Assembly (NCBI GenBank): GCA_963806035.1
Contig: CAWDWO010000020.1
Coordinates: 31,657 to 95,656, forward strand
Length of the DNA: 64,000 nucleotides
Source of the DNA: Candidatus Krumholzibacteriota bacterium
GTDB taxonomy: Bacteria > Krumholzibacteriota > Krumholzibacteriia > JAJRXK01
Reading direction: 5' to 3'
Shown here: one piece after another, positions 58,518 through 64,000 of the stretch
Position numbering within the stretch: the first letter of the stretch is position 1
Layout of the letters: each line of letters begins with the position of its first letter
Program-made: the position numbers and the translations under genes
Notes under the pieces: model-generated
What the model saw: only the letters and a program-made list of their open reading frames with translations
Database searches by the model: none
What the model was told of the DNA's origin: nothing

Positions 58518-58856
58518 ATGGATCGCAAGAAGGCCGTTCGAGACTATAAGGAGTCCGCGCGCCCGGCGGGAGTCTACCGCGTGCAGCACACGCCGAGCGG
58601 CCGCACTCTTTTGGGATCCAGTCCCGATGCACCGGCGATGCTCAACCGCATTCGCTTTCAGTTGCAGACGAAGGGGCATCCCAATCGCAAGCTTCAGGCC
58701 GACTGGAATGCCGATGGCGCGGATGCCTTCACCTTCGAAGTCTTGGATCTGCTGCCGCCCACCGAGAACGAAGTGAAGGACCCGGCCGCAGAGTTGGCCG
58801 CTCTCGAGGAATTGTGGCAAGACAAACTGCAGATCGCGGAAGAGCTGCGCTACTAG
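58518..58856 (+). CDS. GIY-YIG-like small protein
   Basis: YKE...PAGVYRV...GRTLLGSS, NRIRFQL..GHPNRKLQADW..GADAFTFEVL. Confidence 0.8.
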   Translation: MDRKKAVRDYKESARPAGVYRVQHTPSGRTLLGSSPDAPAMLNRIRFQLQTKGHPNRKLQADWNADGADAFTFEVLDLLPPTENEVKDPAAELAALEELWQDKLQIAEELRY

Positions 58857-58948
58857 TCTCGCCATGAACATTGACTGGCACGAAGAGGCCAGCTTCAGAT
58901 AGGATTTCATTTCTAAACCACCGGCCACGTATTCCCACGAGGGCAAGC

Positions 58949-59677
58949 ATGTCTGAAAGTTCCGTTGCTCGTTGGCCCCAGCACTACGCGCGTCTCTGTG
59001 GCTTCTTTTATCTGTACATCATCGTGGCCGGCATCTTCGCCGAACTCTTCGTTCGCGCGAAGCTCGTCATTCCGACCGACGCCGGCGCGACAGCCCACAA
59101 CATCCTGAGCCACGAATCGCTGTTCCGGATTGGGTTTTCCGGCGAGATCCTGCATCTCTCCTTCGACGTCATGGTGGCAGTGATTCTGTACGCGTTGCTT
59201 CGCCCTGTCGATCGCAGCATTGCCCTCCTCGCCGCGTTCATGCGCTTTGCCTGTGATCTCATCTTGGCCGTGGCGAGCATGAGCCACTTCGCGGCATTGA
59301 AGCTCTTGCATGGAGGCGCTGCTCTCGAGTCCTTTTCCTCGGGACAACTGCATTCGCTCGCGCTGTGGGTGATGAATCTTCACGGCGACGCCTATGCCAT
59401 CAGTCTCGTCTTCTTCGGCTTCGCATGTCTCGCCCTGGGGCACCTTCTCTTTTACTCAGACTTTCTCCCCAAGGCCCTCGGTGTTCTGCTCGCTCTCGCC
59501 GGAGTCTGCTACCTCTTCACGAGCTTCGCCCAGTTCCTGGATCCGGCCTTCGCCCAGCGACTCTTTCCCGTCTTCTTCATTCCGTGCTTTGTGGGCGAGC
59601 TCGGCTTCGCGCTGTGGATGCTCGTGAAGGGCGTGAAAGTGGAAAAGTGGAGAGAGCGGGCGCTCGCGCAGGACTAA
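58949..59677 (+). CDS. DUF4386-family membrane protein
   Basis: ARLCGFFYL, DAGATAHNI..HESLFRIG, LVFFG, GELGFALWMLVKGV. Confidence 0.8.
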   Translation: MSESSVARWPQHYARLCGFFYLYIIVAGIFAELFVRAKLVIPTDAGATAHNILSHESLFRIGFSGEILHLSFDVMVAVILYALLRPVDRSIALLAAFMRFACDLILAVASMSHFAALKLLHGGAALESFSSGQLHSLALWVMNLHGDAYAISLVFFGFACLALGHLLFYSDFLPKALGVLLALAGVCYLFTSFAQFLDPAFAQRLFPVFFIPCFVGELGFALWMLVKGVKVEKWRERALAQD

Positions 59678-59829
59678 ACCCCTAACGGGGCGGTTGGCGA
59701 CAGACCCGTTGTCCGTCCAGGCTATCAACTCTTGACCGCCCAGGCAGAAGTGGTCCACGCTCAGCTCATCCGTCCCCTCCCCCTACAGGTCTTAGTTTAC
59801 GCTTCGTGCGCTGCTCAGGAGGCATTGCC

Positions 59830-60411
59830 GTGACCAAATTTCGTTGGGTGTTGTTGCCCGCTTTGATTCTCATGGGACTTTGGGCTCGTGAAGCTTCGGC
59901 TCAAGGACGACCCGATCCCGCAAAACTCATGGCGGCTCAGCGAGAGGCGATGAGCCGACTTGCCATCATGGATGGGGTGTGGAGGGGTGCCGCTTCGATC
60001 AGCATGGGTCCGGACGGGAAACACGAAATCACCCAGACAGAACGGGTTGGATCGTTCTTGGATGGTTCCGTGAAAGTCGTCGAGGGCCGCGGCTACGAGG
60101 CAGACGGTACGGTCAGTTTCAATGCGCTAGGCATCATCTCCTACGACCCTGAGTCCAAGAGTTACACGATGCATTCCTATGCGCAGGGGAATGTCGGTGA
60201 CTTCGTATTGACTCCTACGGACGATGGCTACAGCTGGGAGATTCCCGCTGGACCCATGAAAATAAAATACACGGCCACCATCAAAGATGGAACTTGGATC
60301 GAAACCGGGGACCGCGTAATGCCGGGCAAGGAGCCGGTGCGGTTTTTGGAGATGAAGCTCGAACGTGTCGGAGATACCGACTGGCCGTCCGCAGGCGCAG
60401 TGAAACCCTAG
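59830..60411 (+). CDS. Secreted beta-rich protein, DUF1579-like
   Basis: Signal peptide; AQREAMSRL..MDGVWRG, ITQTERVG.FLDG, FNALGIISYD, WPSAGAV. Confidence 0.7.
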   Translation: MTKFRWVLLPALILMGLWAREASAQGRPDPAKLMAAQREAMSRLAIMDGVWRGAASISMGPDGKHEITQTERVGSFLDGSVKVVEGRGYEADGTVSFNALGIISYDPESKSYTMHSYAQGNVGDFVLTPTDDGYSWEIPAGPMKIKYTATIKDGTWIETGDRVMPGKEPVRFLEMKLERVGDTDWPSAGAVKP

Positions 60412-60541
60412 TGAGCGAGTGCGCCCTGCATGCTTCCGCGGAAGTGGCCGCGGGCCGGGGTCTTGTTCATATTCTGGTACGTAGAATTCCCGCCAGCGCG
60501 GGAAACGCAACAGATAACTCGGCCCCGAAAGGAGCTTCAGT

Positions 60542-61453
60542 ATGAAGCTGAGAAGCAAATTGTGGAGCGCTGCGCTTCTTCTCGTCGCAGCACTCTGGTC
60601 GATCGTGGCTTTCGCCAAGAACACTGACCAGAAGATCGTCGTCAAGGACGTCGGCTTTTCCACTCCCGAGTCGGTCGAGTACTATCCCGCCGAAGACGTC
60701 TATCTGGTTACCAACATCAACGGCGATCCTTCAGCCATCGACGGCAATGGATTCATCTCCAAGCTCAAGCCCGATGGCACGGTCGTCGATCTGAAGTGGA
60801 TCGACGGCACGAAGAAGGACGTGACCCTCAACGCGCCCAAGGGTGCGGCCGTGGTGGGGACCCATCTCTTCGTCGCTGACTGCAATCAGGTGCAGGTCTT
60901 CGATCTGCCCAGCGGAGTGCAGGCGAGTTCCATCACCATTGAAGGCTCGACTTTTCTCAACGGAATGACGCCGGGTCCCGAGGAGTCGGTTTATGTCACG
61001 GACAGCGGCTTCAACGCCGGATTCAAACCCTCGGGTACGGATGCCGTGTATCAGGTCTGGGCCGATGGCCATCACGAGACCATTCTGATGAACAAGGAGA
61101 TGGGGCACCCCAACGGGATCTGGGATCACGAGGGCCGGCTCATCGTGAACACCCTTGGGTCGGGAAAGATGTTTGCCATCACTCCCGACGGAATGCAAAC
61201 CGAGCTGCCGAGCCCGCCCAAGGGAAGTCTGGACGGCCTGGTGGAGCTCGCGAATGGACACTTTCTCGTCACCAGCTGGGACGCGTCCGCGATCTACGAG
61301 ATGGACCAAGAGGGGAATTACAGCGTCTTCGCCGACTCCCTCAAGTCGCCGGCGGACATCGGAATCGATACCAAGCGCAACCGAGTCCTGGTTCCCCTGT
61401 TCACCGCGAACGAAGTCGTCATTCTGCCCTTGGACGGAGCGATGAAGAAGTGA
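60542..61453 (+). CDS. Secreted SMP-30/gluconolactonase-like beta-propeller protein
   Basis: Signal peptide; TPESV, NINGDP...DGNGFIS, LNAPKG, FLNG, HPNGI, LDGL, PADIG; AAGGAG RBS. Confidence 0.8.
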   Translation: MKLRSKLWSAALLLVAALWSIVAFAKNTDQKIVVKDVGFSTPESVEYYPAEDVYLVTNINGDPSAIDGNGFISKLKPDGTVVDLKWIDGTKKDVTLNAPKGAAVVGTHLFVADCNQVQVFDLPSGVQASSITIEGSTFLNGMTPGPEESVYVTDSGFNAGFKPSGTDAVYQVWADGHHETILMNKEMGHPNGIWDHEGRLIVNTLGSGKMFAITPDGMQTELPSPPKGSLDGLVELANGHFLVTSWDASAIYEMDQEGNYSVFADSLKSPADIGIDTKRNRVLVPLFTANEVVILPLDGAMKK

Positions 61454-62022
61454 GTGCGGAAACCGGCCCCAACACTGGCGGCAGACCCGCGGTGGTCGCG
61501 GTGAGCCGCAGCAGCTCGCACACCTTCAGCAAGAAAAACTGTGTTTGCATTACTCTGTTGGCCGGCCTGGGCGTCGAAGGTGACGCCCACGCCGGAGCCA
61601 AGATTGCGCACCGTTCGATGGTCAAGAAGGACCCCGAACAACCCAACCTGCGCCAGGTTCATCTCCTTCACGTTGAGCTTCTGGACGAGCTGAAGGCGCG
61701 CGGATTCGAGGTCTATCCGGGAGCAATCGGGGAAAACATCACCACTCGCGATCTCGACGTCCTCTCCCTACCTCAGAATACCCTGTTACGAGTAGGCCCC
61801 TCAGCAATCGTTCAGGTCAAGGGGCTACGCAGTCCGTGCCGTCAGCTCGACGACTTTCAACAGGGTCTGAAGCAGGCGGTCCTGGAGCATTCGGAGTCGG
61901 GGGAGCTGATCCGCAAGTCGGGGATCATGGGCATCGTGCTCGAAAGTGGAGAGGTCCGGCCCGGCGACGAAATCGAAGTCATCTTGCCCGATCCGCCGCA
62001 TCGACCCCTCGACTGCGTCTGA
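61450..62022 (+). CDS. MOSC-domain protein
   Basis: HTFSK, GLGVEGDAH, PNLRQVHL, GENITT, GLRSPC.QL, GIMGIV..GEVRPGD. Confidence 0.88.
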   Translation: MSAETGPNTGGRPAVVAVSRSSSHTFSKKNCVCITLLAGLGVEGDAHAGAKIAHRSMVKKDPEQPNLRQVHLLHVELLDELKARGFEVYPGAIGENITTRDLDVLSLPQNTLLRVGPSAIVQVKGLRSPCRQLDDFQQGLKQAVLEHSESGELIRKSGIMGIVLESGEVRPGDEIEVILPDPPHRPLDCV

Positions 62023-62227
62023 AACTAGTATCTCCCTCGTTTTTCGAAGCTAGATTCAGAGACAGATATATCTTTCACTCGGTTATTCTTTTTGATCCTC
62101 TCCTATCAATTGCGGCCTCGCACGGCGCGGGGTATTTTTCTTCGGCAAGTTCCCCCCACACAGTACCTCGCCGAACGAGAAACTCGTTCGCTCTCATGAC
62201 CAAACGTGGTTCGCAAGGAGGCTCCTC

Positions 62228-63973
62228 GTGCTCCGACGAATGGCAGTACTCACATTCGTGCTCTTGGCCCTTGTTCCTCTTTTCGCGTCTTGCGGGAGCT
62301 CGAGCAGCACTCCCACCAGCCCCGATGTGGTGACTGTGGCAAGCTGGCACTACGAGGCCGGCGGTGAGCGCATGACCGCCCTCTGGGGCACCACGACCCA
62401 CTCCCTTTTCTTGGTCGGCAGTGGCGGACTCATTCTCTACTACGATGGCAGCAGCTTTCGAACGATGAAGAGCGGCACCGTCCAAGATCTCTACGCGGTG
62501 TGGGGTACCTCTCCTTTCGATGTCTTCGCGGCGGGTCAGGTCGGTGCGCTGTTGCACTACGACGGGACGAGTTGGACCACGATGTACCCTCCCGTCATCA
62601 GTCTGTTTACCGGTTTGTGGGGTACCTCCAGCCAGAATGTCTACGTGATTGGCTCCGGAGGATTGATTCTTCATTACGATGGAACTTCTTGGACCCAAAT
62701 GAACAGTGGAACGAACTACAGCCTCAACGCGATTTGGGGAAGCTCCGCGGATGACATCTACGTCGTGGGGGAACGAGGACTCATCCTACACTTCGACGGC
62801 ACAAGCTGGTCGCCCGTGACATCCGCAACCGTCGAGCATCTCTACGCCATCTGGGGGAACTCGGGGAGTGACATTTTTGCCGCGGGAGCCAGTGGAGCCA
62901 TGGTCCACTACGATGGTAGTACCTGGTCAGCGCTGGATAGCCAATCCAGCCTGGACTTCGACTCACTTTGGGGCACTTCTTCAACCGACCTCTACGCAGT
63001 GAGCGGGAACGGTGCTATTGGACACTACGACGGGTCGAGCTGGAGCTACGTGAACAGCGGCGTCACCGTGCCTCTCTACGGCATCCGGGGATCTTCTTCT
63101 GGTGGTGTCATGATCGTGGGAGATATTGGGACCATCCTCCATTCGAGTGGTTCAACCTGGAAAGCACTTACGCTTGGATCCAACGACGTCTACTCGGGGG
63201 TCTGGATGGCTGCTCCGGATGACGCCTTCCTGCTCGATGAATCCGCATCGATATTACATTATGATGGCACGGGCTGGACTGAAATGAGCAACGTTCCGCA
63301 GGCGACCAATCTCAGCGTCTGGGGCACCTCGTCCAGCAACGTGTATTCGGTGGGAGCGGACGGGTCCATCCTTCACTACGACGGCAGCGCCTGGACCGCG
63401 ATGACCAGCGGGACGACGAGCTTCCTCTACGCCGTTCACGGGAGTTCAGAAAGCAACATCCTTGCCGTCGGATCGGGCGGCACAATCTTGCATTTCGATG
63501 GAAGCACGTGGACTCCGATGGACAGCGGCACGAGCGAGTACCTATCCGGTGTCTACACAGCTTCCGATACCATGGCGATCGCGGTCGGCATCAGCGGCCG
63601 GATCTTGGGCTACGACGGTGATGTCTGGAGTCCGATGGACAGCGGCACGAGCGAAACGCTCCTATCGGTGTCTGGGACTTCTCACGATCGCATCTTCACG
63701 GTGGGCCGAAATGGTACCATTCTCTCCTTCGATGGGAGCGCATGGTCACCAATGAATAGTGGTACGAGCGAGGATTTGCGGTGGGTCTGGGCGAGTCCCG
63801 GAGGTGCGGTTTTCGCCTGTGGTCAAAACGGTACCATGCTGCGCTATGACGGAAGTTCCTGGGAGCCCATGGACCTGGGGACCCAGTCCTATCTCACCTG
63901 CGTCATGGGCTTGTCGAATGACGAAGTGCTTGCCGTTGGAAAATCGGGGGTCATTCGGCGATTCCATCCATAG
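62228..63973 (+). CDS. Lipoprotein with 14 ~39-aa repeats (probable double 7-bladed beta-propeller)
   Basis: Lipobox FASC with Ser/Thr linker; 14 copies of L..VWG.S..DVFAVG..G.ILHYDG..W..M.SGT. Confidence 0.85.
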   Translation: MLRRMAVLTFVLLALVPLFASCGSSSSTPTSPDVVTVASWHYEAGGERMTALWGTTTHSLFLVGSGGLILYYDGSSFRTMKSGTVQDLYAVWGTSPFDVFAAGQVGALLHYDGTSWTTMYPPVISLFTGLWGTSSQNVYVIGSGGLILHYDGTSWTQMNSGTNYSLNAIWGSSADDIYVVGERGLILHFDGTSWSPVTSATVEHLYAIWGNSGSDIFAAGASGAMVHYDGSTWSALDSQSSLDFDSLWGTSSTDLYAVSGNGAIGHYDGSSWSYVNSGVTVPLYGIRGSSSGGVMIVGDIGTILHSSGSTWKALTLGSNDVYSGVWMAAPDDAFLLDESASILHYDGTGWTEMSNVPQATNLSVWGTSSSNVYSVGADGSILHYDGSAWTAMTSGTTSFLYAVHGSSESNILAVGSGGTILHFDGSTWTPMDSGTSEYLSGVYTASDTMAIAVGISGRILGYDGDVWSPMDSGTSETLLSVSGTSHDRIFTVGRNGTILSFDGSAWSPMNSGTSEDLRWVWASPGGAVFACGQNGTMLRYDGSSWEPMDLGTQSYLTCVMGLSNDEVLAVGKSGVIRRFHP

Positions 63974-64000
63974 CGTCCTCATGCCGCACTGGAGGTTTGA

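Noticed and set aside
59678..59805. CCCTAAC after a stop plus a short inverted repeat, suggesting an integron attC site
   Set aside because: No matching GTTRRRY end with proper L boxes, no similar sites between neighbouring genes, and no integrase.
62092..62109. TTGAT...ATCAA as an FNR box
   Set aside because: The spacer is 8 nt rather than the required 4.
62340..63960. Repetitive DNA as a CRISPR array or tandem repeat
   Set aside because: The repeats are degenerate protein-coding units in one open frame, with no identical repeat-spacer structure.

Overview
High-GC bacterial chromosome segment, densely coding, from an anaerobically respiring diderm. A C-terminal SWGxLKxxY motif and a short RpoD-type sigma factor suggest an FCB-related candidate phylum such as Krumholzibacteriota or Latescibacterota; this is inference only. 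No rRNA, tRNA, CRISPR array or transposase was recognised. Redox genes dominate: a Rieske/cytochrome b/9-heme cytochrome operon; nifJ (PFOR) with a DHOD-like gene; a vor-type 2-oxoacid oxidoreductase flanked by a sigma54 regulator and a PAS kinase; and a degenerate HypF. A tetraheme c554-like protein, an 11-heme CbcL-like protein, a 7-heme ImcH-like protein and a porin + 12-heme + 4-heme lipoprotein cluster look like a complete extracellular electron transfer (EET) chain; with the bc-linked cytochrome, the six cytochromes carry 47 c-heme motifs. Next comes an uncharacterised six-gene system: membrane-anchored lipoyl-less GcvH-like, HybA-like, HybB/NrfD-like, heme-motif sensor kinase, sigma54 regulator and archaemetzincin. 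A palindromic GACA-N3-TGTC motif recurs in four intergenic regions and outlines a candidate regulon. Five single-base frameshifts interrupt four genes and are probably assembly indels. The remainder holds hemN, modABC, MscS, an MFS transporter and small accessory genes. Starts were adjusted by eye to RBS, signal-peptide and overlap evidence. Family calls come from motif recognition, not database searches.
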